Notes under the pieces: generated by a model | Database searches by the model: none | What the model was told of the DNA's origin: nothing | What the model saw: only the letters and a program-made list of their open reading frames with translations | Source of the DNA: Candidatus Latescibacterota bacterium | Lineage (GTDB): Bacteria; Latescibacterota; UBA2968 | DNA length: 64,000 bases | Reading direction: 5' to 3' | NCBI GenBank assembly: GCA_965222605.1 | Contig: OZ244960.1 | Span: 928,001-992,000 of the forward strand | Made by a program: the position numbers and the translations under genes | In this document: piece after piece, positions 46,370 through 55,370 of the stretch | Layout: each line of letters opens with the position of its first letter | Position numbering within the stretch: position 1 is the first letter of the stretch

Positions 46370-46493
46370 GTAATTGGCACGACTACAGTGGAGATGTTCG
46401 GAAGTGGATCAAGACCGATGCCCACAGGTAGAAACGTCAAATTATCAGCAGAAATTTGTGTGTTCTGATGGACACAACGCAGGGAGTATTGTA

Positions 46494-46805
46494 ATGAGTA
46501 TTTTTCCGAGAGGGCGACCCAGCCGACAGGCACCGCCCAATAGACCTGGGATATACCGGTTTATATGCAAGCTGACTGGAAGAGTTGATTATATCGGCGA
46601 AGCTGTAAATATAGCACGCAGGATAATTGAGCATCTTCAATCAACCAAACCCGTATCGCGTGATACCCACTATGTCGAATGGCAGGCGGCAGATGGCAGA
46701 AGCACATCAAGAACCCGCCGAGAATATGAGCGAACTAAAATTAACAAACACAAACCACGACTGAACAAGAGAGGCGGGGGTGGAGGCCGAAGGGCCAGAC
46801 GATGA
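46494..46805 (+). CDS. Small stand-alone GIY-YIG nuclease (103 aa)
   Basis: PGIYRF...DYIGEAVNIARRIIEH...E...KPRLN. RBS AGGGAG. Confidence 0.85.
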   Translation: MSIFPRGRPSRQAPPNRPGIYRFICKLTGRVDYIGEAVNIARRIIEHLQSTKPVSRDTHYVEWQAADGRSTSRTRREYERTKINKHKPRLNKRGGGGGRRARR

Positions 46806-46978
46806 TTTGCAGCACTACTGGTGCCCCGGCGCTTTAAAATATAAAAGGAGCACCGAGAGGAGGTGATGTTCTATGGGTACGCTGATAAAATTGTGTTTGC
46901 CATACCTCATTCCGTTAGCTATAGATGTGATCGGAAACTGGTCGCGCATCAAGCGGTAGAAGGGGCGATGGCAGTGTC

Positions 46979-47004
46979 AGAGACGGGGAATCTTCCCCGT
47001 CTCT
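46979..47004 (+). terminator. Perfect 12-bp hairpin (terminator or processing stem)
   Basis: AGAGACGGGGAA-TC-TTCCCCGTCTCT; no clear U-tract on the plus strand. Confidence 0.45.
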
Positions 47005-47136
47005 TGAAAAAATTCCTTGACAACTCGGCGTGTTGTTTGAAGAATTGAGTGGTATGTTGACCTGTTCTACAGAAACCAATTCATTATCAAACTCAAGGGT
47101 CCGTATTTGAACTCTTTTATCAAATGGTAAGAAATC

Positions 47137-48516
47137 ATGGATATTCCCAATACTGAAATCATTAAGATATTATCTCAACAAGGTCGTGGCCGTATTACAT
47201 CTATCACCATTGAAAACTTCAAGTGCATTGGCGATGCCGTGACCATTCCCATTCGCCCTATCACCTTGTTATTTGGCAAAAACAGCGCGGGCAAATCAAC
47301 AGTGTTGCATGCACTGCGCTATTGGTTCGAAATTTGGAATGAGACTTGGTATAAATTGACCGAGCAAAACACTCCCGAGCGGAGTGCTATAGAAATGAGT
47401 GGAGGCTATACTATTGACCTTACAAATTTCCCTTCCCTGGTACATCGCCATAATTTGGATCGGAAAATTCGCATTCGCATCACCTATGCTCCCAATGTCA
47501 CAGATAAGCAAAATCAAAGTTATCATCTTCTATGGAATGAAGTAGTAACGAGTTGGAAAGAAGAAGACACCCATGTCGAGTCAGTTTTATTGGGATGTGT
47601 CATAAATGGCGAAGAAATGTGTTTCATCATTTCAGGGGAACCGTCCAACGATGCGGTGGTTAATCCGAATGGCAGGGTATTGATTCCTAAAAAGCTGGAT
47701 GCATCCGGTCAGTCTTCTGGCATGGCTTTAGCCATCGGTACAGCTTTCGGCGCAGCTTTTCCGATACTCGGCATAATAGCAGGTTTTGAAGGGTTGAGTA
47801 GTCGGCAAAAACCTCAAACGCCGGATGCTATTCAACATTTGGGGCCATTCCGAGAATTGCCTCCTCCCCATTATGACAAACTCCAAACGTCCGATGAATT
47901 GCAAAATAAATTGCGGCGATGGGAAAAGGGATTAGGAGCTTGGGATACCCTCGCACGAGACCCCAAAGTGATCAAAAAAACAAACCACTATATGCAAGAT
48001 GTTTTGAAACTTGGATACAGCATTAATCATTGGAAACGCAATTCCACTAATCTTGAGCAGTGGCCTTGCCTTCATGATGAAAACAATGATATAGATGTTC
48101 ATCCTTCAGATGTTGGTGTTGGTATTGCCCAGATCATTCCAGTTGTAGTGGGTGCGTTAGACGACGACCAGAACTCTATAATTTTTGCGGTTGAACAACC
48201 AGAACTCCATGTTCACCCTGCCGTTCAAGTGGCTTTGGGCGATGTGTTTATTGACGGCATAAAAAATGGCAATCGCACTATGCTCATCGAAACACATTCT
48301 GAGCACTTGCTGTTGCGATTGCTGCGACGTGTGCGTGAGACAACAGAAGGAGAACAAACAGATTACAAATTGACACCCGACGATCTATCTGTGGTCTATG
48401 TCCGACCAACGCCAGCAAGAGTTAAGTTCACCGCAATCAGTGTAACGGATGACGGCGACTTCAATGTACCTTGGCCGGAAGGCTTCTTCGACGAGCGAGT
48501 GAAGGAGCTTTTCTAA
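47137..48516 (+). CDS. ABC-type (AAA_15/AAA_21, DUF3696-like) ATPase, paralog of 42050
   Basis: GKNSAGKS, DVGVGIAQ, AVEQPELHVHP, IETHSEH, WPEGFFDER. Confidence 0.9.
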   Translation: MDIPNTEIIKILSQQGRGRITSITIENFKCIGDAVTIPIRPITLLFGKNSAGKSTVLHALRYWFEIWNETWYKLTEQNTPERSAIEMSGGYTIDLTNFPSLVHRHNLDRKIRIRITYAPNVTDKQNQSYHLLWNEVVTSWKEEDTHVESVLLGCVINGEEMCFIISGEPSNDAVVNPNGRVLIPKKLDASGQSSGMALAIGTAFGAAFPILGIIAGFEGLSSRQKPQTPDAIQHLGPFRELPPPHYDKLQTSDELQNKLRRWEKGLGAWDTLARDPKVIKKTNHYMQDVLKLGYSINHWKRNSTNLEQWPCLHDENNDIDVHPSDVGVGIAQIIPVVVGALDDDQNSIIFAVEQPELHVHPAVQVALGDVFIDGIKNGNRTMLIETHSEHLLLRLLRRVRETTEGEQTDYKLTPDDLSVVYVRPTPARVKFTAISVTDDGDFNVPWPEGFFDERVKELF

Positions 48517-48518
48517 GG

Positions 48519-49514
48519 ATGATCTGTGAATATGCATTGGAACCAGAACTTGTCGCAACTTGGCACGACCGTGAACGCTTCCGTTATTTTAGCGAACGAT
48601 TCGGCTTTGACTATGATGGCCGCGCAACAGGCCGTGTGATGGCTCAATATCCCAGTAATTGGAAAAAACGGGTTTGGGACGCATTTGCTACAGACTCTGG
48701 ACAACCACCTGCTGAATCCTTTGCTAAGCGAAGACGGGTCGAAATTTTGCTGGAACAGTTGGGGAGAATTCATGTCCGCCGCTCCGGCAGCGTGTGGAAC
48801 GATCAATACACTTGGCTGGAAAATGCTGAAGAAGAGAATAAGCGTCGTCCATTTCATGCGATCTTGGCATACGACAACCCCCACAACAACTCTCGGGTCA
48901 TGCTTGAGGACGATGTGCTGAAGATACCTCCACCTCCAAATTGGCTCGCGCCTCTTGAAACTCCGGTACTTAGAACTGCGACTTCGATGGCAACCCGCCT
49001 CGAGCCAATGCTGCGCTGTGCAACGCGCATCCTTTTCATTGACCCACATTTTAGTGCGTCGGAACTGAGATTCCGAAATCCTTTGGAAGAGTTCCTAAAA
49101 ATCATTTGTGACGGTAGCCGTAAGGTCACACTCGAATACCACACCATGCACAACGATCAAAAACCGGCTTGGAACCTTTTTTTAAGAAATTGCCAAACAA
49201 AGCTCCCGCGTCTCATTCCCCGTGGTTTCACACTCACAGTCCGCCGTTGGGAAGAACGAGATGTTGGAGAGGAACTTCATGACCGCTATATCCTCACCAA
49301 CATCGGTGGCGTAGCGATTCCTAGAGGTCTCGACGAAAAAGAAGGTCTCGACGAAAGAGACCGAGGTACTATTGATATCTTACGTTTAAGCTTCGAAACT
49401 TGGCAGCAACGGTTAGAAGAGTACGGTTACTACAATTCTGAACCTATTTTTGATCCAGAGAGATCCGCTTTCGATATGGAAGGAGAGGTATGTATTGCGG
49501 GCACGAAGGTATAG
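48519..49514 (+). CDS. ATPase-coupled IDPH/HDR (PLD-like) protein, distant paralog of the 44155 gene
   Basis: Starts 2 nt after the ATPase stop. MICEYALEPE, ILFIDPHF, LHDRYILTNIGG. Confidence 0.8.
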   Translation: MICEYALEPELVATWHDRERFRYFSERFGFDYDGRATGRVMAQYPSNWKKRVWDAFATDSGQPPAESFAKRRRVEILLEQLGRIHVRRSGSVWNDQYTWLENAEEENKRRPFHAILAYDNPHNNSRVMLEDDVLKIPPPPNWLAPLETPVLRTATSMATRLEPMLRCATRILFIDPHFSASELRFRNPLEEFLKIICDGSRKVTLEYHTMHNDQKPAWNLFLRNCQTKLPRLIPRGFTLTVRRWEERDVGEELHDRYILTNIGGVAIPRGLDEKEGLDERDRGTIDILRLSFETWQQRLEEYGYYNSEPIFDPERSAFDMEGEVCIAGTKV

Positions 49515-49628
49515 AGATATAAGATACAAGAAGCCAATTGAGACTTGCGTGAACAAAGGGCTGGAAGTGTTCGGGGCAAGTCTCTTTTTTAAAAAATTGA
49601 GGATGGAGAATGGGCGGGCTGACAACTG

Positions 49629-49656
49629 CGGGCGGGCACAGGGGCACCGCCCCTAC
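49629..49656 (-). repeat. GTAG-type REP palindrome
   Basis: Minus strand reads GTAGGGGCGGTGCCCCTGTGCCCGCCCG; lies between convergent genes. Confidence 0.55.
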
Positions 49657-49716
49657 TCCTTCCACGCCTTTTATCTGCGTTCATCTGCGTTCATACTCGC
49701 TACGCTACGTTGTAGG

Positions 49717-51237
49717 CTACGCCTGTGCTGTGGTTCCAAACGCCTTTTGCAAATACCCCAGATCGAGTTCGGGATAAACCGGGAACCGCGCGAGGAGATT
49801 GGCGATTCTCTGTTGGGCGTATTCGAGCACACCGTCCTGGACTCTGTATTGGATCTTGCTAAATTGGCCCGCGCTTCTGCCCTTCGTGAACTTCAGTGGC
49901 CGTGCCTGGGTGAGCACATTGCCCATGACCGCGCCGATCTCCTGCATCTCTTCTGCCCCCATACCAAGAGTCGTAAGCGCCGGTGTCCCCACCCTGAGAC
50001 CACTGGTGTACCATGGCCCATTGGGATCAAAGGGAATGGTATTTTTATTCAGCGTAATCCCGGCATCGCGAAGCAGGGTCTCGGCCTGACGACCCGTGAG
50101 ATTAAAAGGCGTAACATCAATCTGAAGCAAGTGATTGTCAGTCCCCCCTGTAAGAACCGTAAGCCCCGCGTCTATACACGCCTGTGCGAGCACCTGGGCA
50201 TTATCGACAATTCTGGCGGCATACGCTTGAAACTCGGACGTACTCGCCTCCTGAAAAGCGATAGCTTTGGCTGCCATCACATGGGGCAAAGGACCGCCGA
50301 GCACCATCGGACAACCCTTATCGACCTGTTCGGCAAATTCTTCCGCACACAAAACCATGCCGCCTCTGGGACCGCGCATGGTTTTGTGTGTGGTCGTCGT
50401 AACGACATGGGCATGGGCAACCGGATCAAAGTCACCCGTAAAAACCTTGCCGGCAACCAATCCAGCAAAATGCGCCATATCGACCATAAAAACAGCCCCC
50501 ACTTCATCGGCGATATCCCGGAAAATGCGGAAATTAATTTTCCGAGGATAAGCACTATAACCCGCTAAAAGAATCAAAGGTTTGACAGCTCTGGCCTGGT
50601 CGCGGATTTCATCGTAGTCAATCAGGCCAGATTTTTTATTCACCGTGTACGCATGCGCCTCAAACATGCGCCCAGACACATTGATGCGATAGCCATGCGT
50701 GAGATGTCCCCCGGATGAGAGATCCAGCCCCAGGAGCTTTTGATTGCCCAATTGTGTGCGAAGCGCGTCCCATGCTTTGGCCGAAAGATCAAAGGGCGAT
50801 TTTTGTCCCATTTTTTTGAGCGCGACATCTTGAACGCGCCCCGAGAGAATCGCCCAAAAAGCGACCATATTGGCATCTGCACCCGAGTGGGGTTGCACAT
50901 AAGCGTGATCTGCACCAAAGAGATCGCACGCCAGTTTTGAGGCCAGGCTTTCAATCGCATCTACATTATCACAACCCGCGTAAAAGCGGTGACCGGGAAT
51001 ACCCTCGGCGTATTTGTCGGTAAGCAGATTGCCCATAGCCAGTTGCGTGGGCAAAGAACAATAATTCTCGCTCGCAATCATCTTGAGATTCGAACGCTGG
51101 TCAGCCAATTCGCGCACAATATTTTTCGCCACATCGGGCGATACGGAAGCCACCTGTTCCAGCGAGGCCAAATAGGCGACAAATCCGGGATTTGGGGTGG
51201 GATTTTGAGACAGATAGTTGGCAAGAGGACTGGACAT
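49717..51237 (-). CDS. glyA: Serine hydroxymethyltransferase
   Basis: [62 protein letters not shown]. Confidence 0.97.
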   Translation of the reverse strand: MSSPLANYLSQNPTPNPGFVAYLASLEQVASVSPDVAKNIVRELADQRSNLKMIASENYCSLPTQLAMGNLLTDKYAEGIPGHRFYAGCDNVDAIESLASKLACDLFGADHAYVQPHSGADANMVAFWAILSGRVQDVALKKMGQKSPFDLSAKAWDALRTQLGNQKLLGLDLSSGGHLTHGYRINVSGRMFEAHAYTVNKKSGLIDYDEIRDQARAVKPLILLAGYSAYPRKINFRIFRDIADEVGAVFMVDMAHFAGLVAGKVFTGDFDPVAHAHVVTTTTHKTMRGPRGGMVLCAEEFAEQVDKGCPMVLGGPLPHVMAAKAIAFQEASTSEFQAYAARIVDNAQVLAQACIDAGLTVLTGGTDNHLLQIDVTPFNLTGRQAETLLRDAGITLNKNTIPFDPNGPWYTSGLRVGTPALTTLGMGAEEMQEIGAVMGNVLTQARPLKFTKGRSAGQFSKIQYRVQDGVLEYAQQRIANLLARFPVYPELDLGYLQKAFGTTAQA

Positions 51238-51300
51238 GGCTATTCTCCTCGTGTTTCGCCCGAATACAAAAATAGCCCGGGCTGTGTGTGGATTTTCATA

Positions 51301-51383
51301 AGCCCAGGCGATCGGCTATCGGATAAAGAGCACTGCGCTTCCCCGTGGTCGATTCCACGTTCATTCGCCAGTCACGCAGACCC
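51301..51383 (-). ncRNA. ZMP/ZTP (pfl) riboswitch upstream of glyA
   Basis: Minus strand reads GGGTCTGCGTGACTGGCGAA..GTGG..CCACGGGGAAGCGCA...GCCGATCGCCTGGGC. It is followed by a competing GCCTGGGCT/AGCCCGGGC hairpin and a T-rich tract. Confidence 0.9.
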
Positions 51384-51395
51384 TTGTCGAAAATC

Positions 51396-51423
51396 AATAT
51401 ACAGAATTGCAGACCAAAGTCAA
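51396..51423 (-). promoter_or_regulatory. Putative sigma70 promoter of the riboswitch-glyA transcript
   Basis: TTGACT-16 nt-TATATT, about 12 nt upstream of the aptamer. Confidence 0.55.
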
Positions 51424-51445
51424 CGGTTTGTTGCAACAACGCCTA

Positions 51446-52903
51446 CTAAAATAACTCACGCAACCGCCGCCATTCACGGGGCGTAAAAAAACGCCAGCCC
51501 CACAAAATGAGGGGATAGCCCGCAATAAAGATGATACGTGCAATAACACCCTCTATTGACGTATCGTGAAGATAAGGAGATAACACCACAAAAACGATGC
51601 CCCCTGCAACGCATATTTTCCCCAAACGCCCGTATTCGTAGGGAACCGGATAAAACCGACGCACGATGAGATAAAGCAAAATAGCCATCAAAACATGTGC
51701 GATGAGCGTGCTATAAGCAGCGGCAATAAATCCAATTTTGGGCAAAAGGAGAATATTGATAACGATATTCACACATGCACCAGTGCCCACAATAAACGGC
51801 AAAGATCCCGCGCGACCTTTGGCATATACGCCCGCAGTGAGAATGATATAAAGACCGTAAAAGAAAAATGCCAGCCCCACCAGGGGGGCAACCTGTATGC
51901 CCTCGAGATAGATCTGTGCATTATCGCCGGCAATCAAAACGATAATTTCGCGTGCAAAAGTGGCTAAAATCAGACAGCCAAAAATGCCGAACAATGTGAA
52001 ATACGTGGTGACGCGCGCACACATCTGCCGCGTTTCGTCCTCTGTATTTTCATCCTCTGTTTCATCGAGCACGGCAGGTGCCCAGGCCGTGCGAAACGCT
52101 TTGACCACAAAAAAGAGGGGCATGCCGAGTTTGTAGGTAATGCCGTAAATACCCAGATCGTCGAGATCTAAAAAAAAGCGGATCAGGAAGCGATCAGACA
52201 AATTGATGATGAGAACCAAAAGGGTCGATGGCAAAAAAGGGAAACCAAAACGCAGAAGTTCGCGAAACGCGTGCATATCAAAAGTTGGACGAATCAAGCG
52301 CAGACCAACGGGAAACATGACAATAAGAGCAAAGAGAGAACTGATGAGATTGGCTTCAAAAACCGCGATAGGACCGCGTCCGAGACTTGCGATAAAATAA
52401 GCGGTGAGGCCGAGTTGTAGCGTGTGTTGAATCACCCGCACAATCGCATAGTGGAAAGATCGCTGTCGGGCGCGACAAAGCGTGAAAAGGGGTTCTGATA
52501 GCGCGTCCAAAAGGACAACAGCGGCAATAAGTTCGAAGACCGCGCTGTAATCCGCGCCGTTCAAAAGATGATGCGCGAGACTCTCGGCATTGATCCAGAC
52601 CAAACTCGACAGAATAACACCTGTGGCGAACAGTGCCCAAAATGCAGAGCTAAATGCGGCGCGATGTTTGCCGAGATCGGTCTTGCCAGATAAGAGTCTG
52701 ATCAGCGCGGGATTGAGACCAAGAGAATAAAAAACCGCGCTAAATCCGATAAATGCAAATGCCAGAGACAAAATGCCATTGTCAGCAGGCGTGAGATGTC
52801 TGGCATAGACGGGCACGAGCAAAATGGACACAGCGCGACCGAGCAAATCGCCCATGCCATAGACTGCCGTGTGTTGTGCGAGGGATTTAATTCGAGAGAA
52901 CAT
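51446..52903 (-). CDS. Polysaccharide biosynthesis flippase (Wzx/MOP family)
   Basis: MFSRIKSLAQHTAVYG..., 12-14 TM helices, SDRFLI...LGIYG, and a YPVPYE tail. Confidence 0.85.
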   Translation of the reverse strand: MFSRIKSLAQHTAVYGMGDLLGRAVSILLVPVYARHLTPADNGILSLAFAFIGFSAVFYSLGLNPALIRLLSGKTDLGKHRAAFSSAFWALFATGVILSSLVWINAESLAHHLLNGADYSAVFELIAAVVLLDALSEPLFTLCRARQRSFHYAIVRVIQHTLQLGLTAYFIASLGRGPIAVFEANLISSLFALIVMFPVGLRLIRPTFDMHAFRELLRFGFPFLPSTLLVLIINLSDRFLIRFFLDLDDLGIYGITYKLGMPLFFVVKAFRTAWAPAVLDETEDENTEDETRQMCARVTTYFTLFGIFGCLILATFAREIIVLIAGDNAQIYLEGIQVAPLVGLAFFFYGLYIILTAGVYAKGRAGSLPFIVGTGACVNIVINILLLPKIGFIAAAYSTLIAHVLMAILLYLIVRRFYPVPYEYGRLGKICVAGGIVFVVLSPYLHDTSIEGVIARIIFIAGYPLILWGWRFFTPREWRRLRELF

Positions 52904-52913
52904 AGTTGACCGC

Positions 52914-55361
52914 TCAAAGCATCGACATCGGATCGACATTGATCGCCAGGGTGACACCGCGAGATCGGCGTTTGTTGGGGGCAAATTGCGAGGCGGCTTC
53001 ACGGGCGGCGGCATTGAGATGGCTGTGCGAATCGGACTTGAGCAAAACCTGCCAGCGATATGTTCCCTGGATGCGTGCAAGAGGGGCCTGTACGGGACCC
53101 AGAATTTCGACATCGGGAGGTGTTTGTTCGCGCAAAGTCTGCGCGCTTATACCAGCCGCGCGTGCGACTTCGTGTTCATCTTTGCCCTTAAAAACCAAGA
53201 GCACCACGCGCCCAAAAGGCGGATATCCCAGGCTTTGACGCGCATTGAGTTCGCGCTGTGCAAAAGTTTCAAAATCGTGACCCTGCGCGCATTGCACGGC
53301 TTCGCCATCGGGCATGTAAGTTTGAATAACGACTTCCCCCGGAATCGCGCCTCGCCCGGCGCGTCCACTAACCTGAGTCAGCAATTGGAATGTGCGTTCG
53401 CTGGCGCGAAAATCCGGCAGGTGAATGCTCGTATCCGCAGAAATGACACCTACGAGTGTCACGCCGGGAAAATCGAGTCCTTTGGCGATCATCTGCGTGC
53501 CGAGCAAAATATCGGCCTCGCCTCGAGAAAAACGATCGAGTATGCGGTCATGCGCGCCCTTGCGGCTCGTGGTATCTACGTCCATTCGCAAAACGCGCAC
53601 ACCGGGAAATTGCGCTACAAGAGTCTCTTCAACGCGCTGCGTTCCCACGCCGAGGAAATGAAAATTGCTGCTGTGACACGACGGGCACGCCGAGGGCGAT
53701 GGCTCAATATAACCGCAGTAATGACAGAGCATCAGGCGCCGGGTCGCGTGATAGGTCAGAGTAACATGGCAGTGATCGCACTGAATACTTTCCCCGCAAT
53801 CGGCGCATTGGACCGCAGGCGCGTACCCGCGCCGGTTTTGAAGCAAAATGGTGCATTGCCCCTTTTCAATGCGTTCGCGCATCTTCTCCCGAAGTGGGCG
53901 AGAAAACAAACTACCGCCTTCGTGCCGCATATCCACAAGTGTGACAGTGGGCAGTGGGCGGTTGTCGATGCGCTCTGGCAATATGAGAGAACTGAATTTT
54001 TGTATCTGTGCATTGTGATGCGATTCGAGAGAAGGGGTTGCCGATCCCAACATAATGGGCAAATTTTGCAGATGGGCGCGCATCACAGCGACATCGCGGG
54101 CATTGTATCGAGGGGCGGGGTCGTCTTGTTTATACGAACCATCGTGTTCTTCGTCGATAATGATAAGACCCAGATTTTCGACAGGTGCAAAAATAGCTGA
54201 GCGCGCACCAATAACAACTGGGCGTTTTCCCCTGCGAACTTCGCGCCAGGCATCATAGCGTTCTCCAGCGGACAAGGCACTGTGCAAAACCGCGACGCGA
54301 TCGCCAAAATGGACGCGAAAGCGGCGGACGGTTTGTGGCGTCAGGGTGATCTCCGGCACGAGAACGATCGCGCCTTTTCCCGATGCGAGCGCGTGTGCAA
54401 CCGCCCGAATATAAACCAGCGTTTTACCGCTACCCGTCACCCCGCGCAAAAGATGAACCCGAAAAGCGTTTTCATCAACGCTTTGTCTAATCGCCTGAAT
54501 AGCCCGCCCTTGATGGGGCGTAAGCGTTACATCTTCAGGCGGGGGCAGATCGGTATCGGCGTATGGGTCGCGCACCACTTCGCGGTCAATAAAACAGATC
54601 AAATTGCGCTTGACCATTTCTCTCAGTACGCCCGATGAAATCCCTTCTGCAAACAGTTGTGCGGCCAACAAGGGATGATTTGCCGAACGCAGACGGCGAA
54701 TACACTGCGCCTGGCGTGGGGCGCGTTTTTCCAGTGTAGGCAATTCCAGATCAAACCAGCGCGGGTCATTGGGCACAAGAGCCACCGCACGCTGGGTTTT
54801 GGGTTTTACTTTTGGTGCTGACATCTTTTGAAACGCGACCAGAACACCCCGCCTCAAAAGGCCGTATATCGCAGGCTGTACGCCCTGTTTCCCCAGTCGT
54901 TTTTGAAGTTGGCGCATCGATGCCGAACCGAGTTCGCCCAAAGCGGTGACGACCTCGCGCTGGCGCGGAGAAAGCATGCGACTGATCGCGGCGGCATCAA
55001 AGTTTTTTTCAAGGGCAAAATGCTGCCCACTATCCAGGTGAATGCCCGATGGAAGAGCCGCAGAAAGCACTTCCGAGAGACTGCACAGATAATACCATGC
55101 CATCCAGTTGCACAATTCGAGCATCGGCGGTATCACAAGCGGATAAGAATCGAGGATTTGGGCAATGGCCTTGACGCGATTGGAGGGCAGATCGCACGTT
55201 TCGCAAAAGCCGACGACAATACCCGTAACCCAGCGTTCTCCAAAAGGAACGAGAACGCGGTAGCCCGTTTGCAGATCGTCCTGGAGATCGTCGGGAATGC
55301 GGTAGGTAAATGTATCGAGGGACGTGCCCAGAGGAACGATGTGTGCAAAGGGATGCGCCAT
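52914..55361 (-). CDS. priA: Primosomal protein N'
   Basis: GVTGSGKT, DEEH, GSATPS, Cys-rich zinc region, GTQMIAKGLDFP, QVSGRAGR. Confidence 0.97.
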   Translation of the reverse strand: MAHPFAHIVPLGTSLDTFTYRIPDDLQDDLQTGYRVLVPFGERWVTGIVVGFCETCDLPSNRVKAIAQILDSYPLVIPPMLELCNWMAWYYLCSLSEVLSAALPSGIHLDSGQHFALEKNFDAAAISRMLSPRQREVVTALGELGSASMRQLQKRLGKQGVQPAIYGLLRRGVLVAFQKMSAPKVKPKTQRAVALVPNDPRWFDLELPTLEKRAPRQAQCIRRLRSANHPLLAAQLFAEGISSGVLREMVKRNLICFIDREVVRDPYADTDLPPPEDVTLTPHQGRAIQAIRQSVDENAFRVHLLRGVTGSGKTLVYIRAVAHALASGKGAIVLVPEITLTPQTVRRFRVHFGDRVAVLHSALSAGERYDAWREVRRGKRPVVIGARSAIFAPVENLGLIIIDEEHDGSYKQDDPAPRYNARDVAVMRAHLQNLPIMLGSATPSLESHHNAQIQKFSSLILPERIDNRPLPTVTLVDMRHEGGSLFSRPLREKMRERIEKGQCTILLQNRRGYAPAVQCADCGESIQCDHCHVTLTYHATRRLMLCHYCGYIEPSPSACPSCHSSNFHFLGVGTQRVEETLVAQFPGVRVLRMDVDTTSRKGAHDRILDRFSRGEADILLGTQMIAKGLDFPGVTLVGVISADTSIHLPDFRASERTFQLLTQVSGRAGRGAIPGEVVIQTYMPDGEAVQCAQGHDFETFAQRELNARQSLGYPPFGRVVLLVFKGKDEHEVARAAGISAQTLREQTPPDVEILGPVQAPLARIQGTYRWQVLLKSDSHSHLNAAAREAASQFAPNKRRSRGVTLAINVDPMSML

Positions 55362-55370
55362 AGAAACAAA

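Noticed and set aside
49450-50568. 372-aa plus-strand ORF
   Set aside because: Antisense shadow of glyA with no recognisable motifs.
52904-53113. N-terminal extension of the flippase in the ORF track
   Set aside because: Overlaps the priA 3' end; the family-like sequence begins at ATG 52903.
52869-54200. 443-aa plus-strand ORF
   Set aside because: Antisense shadow of priA.
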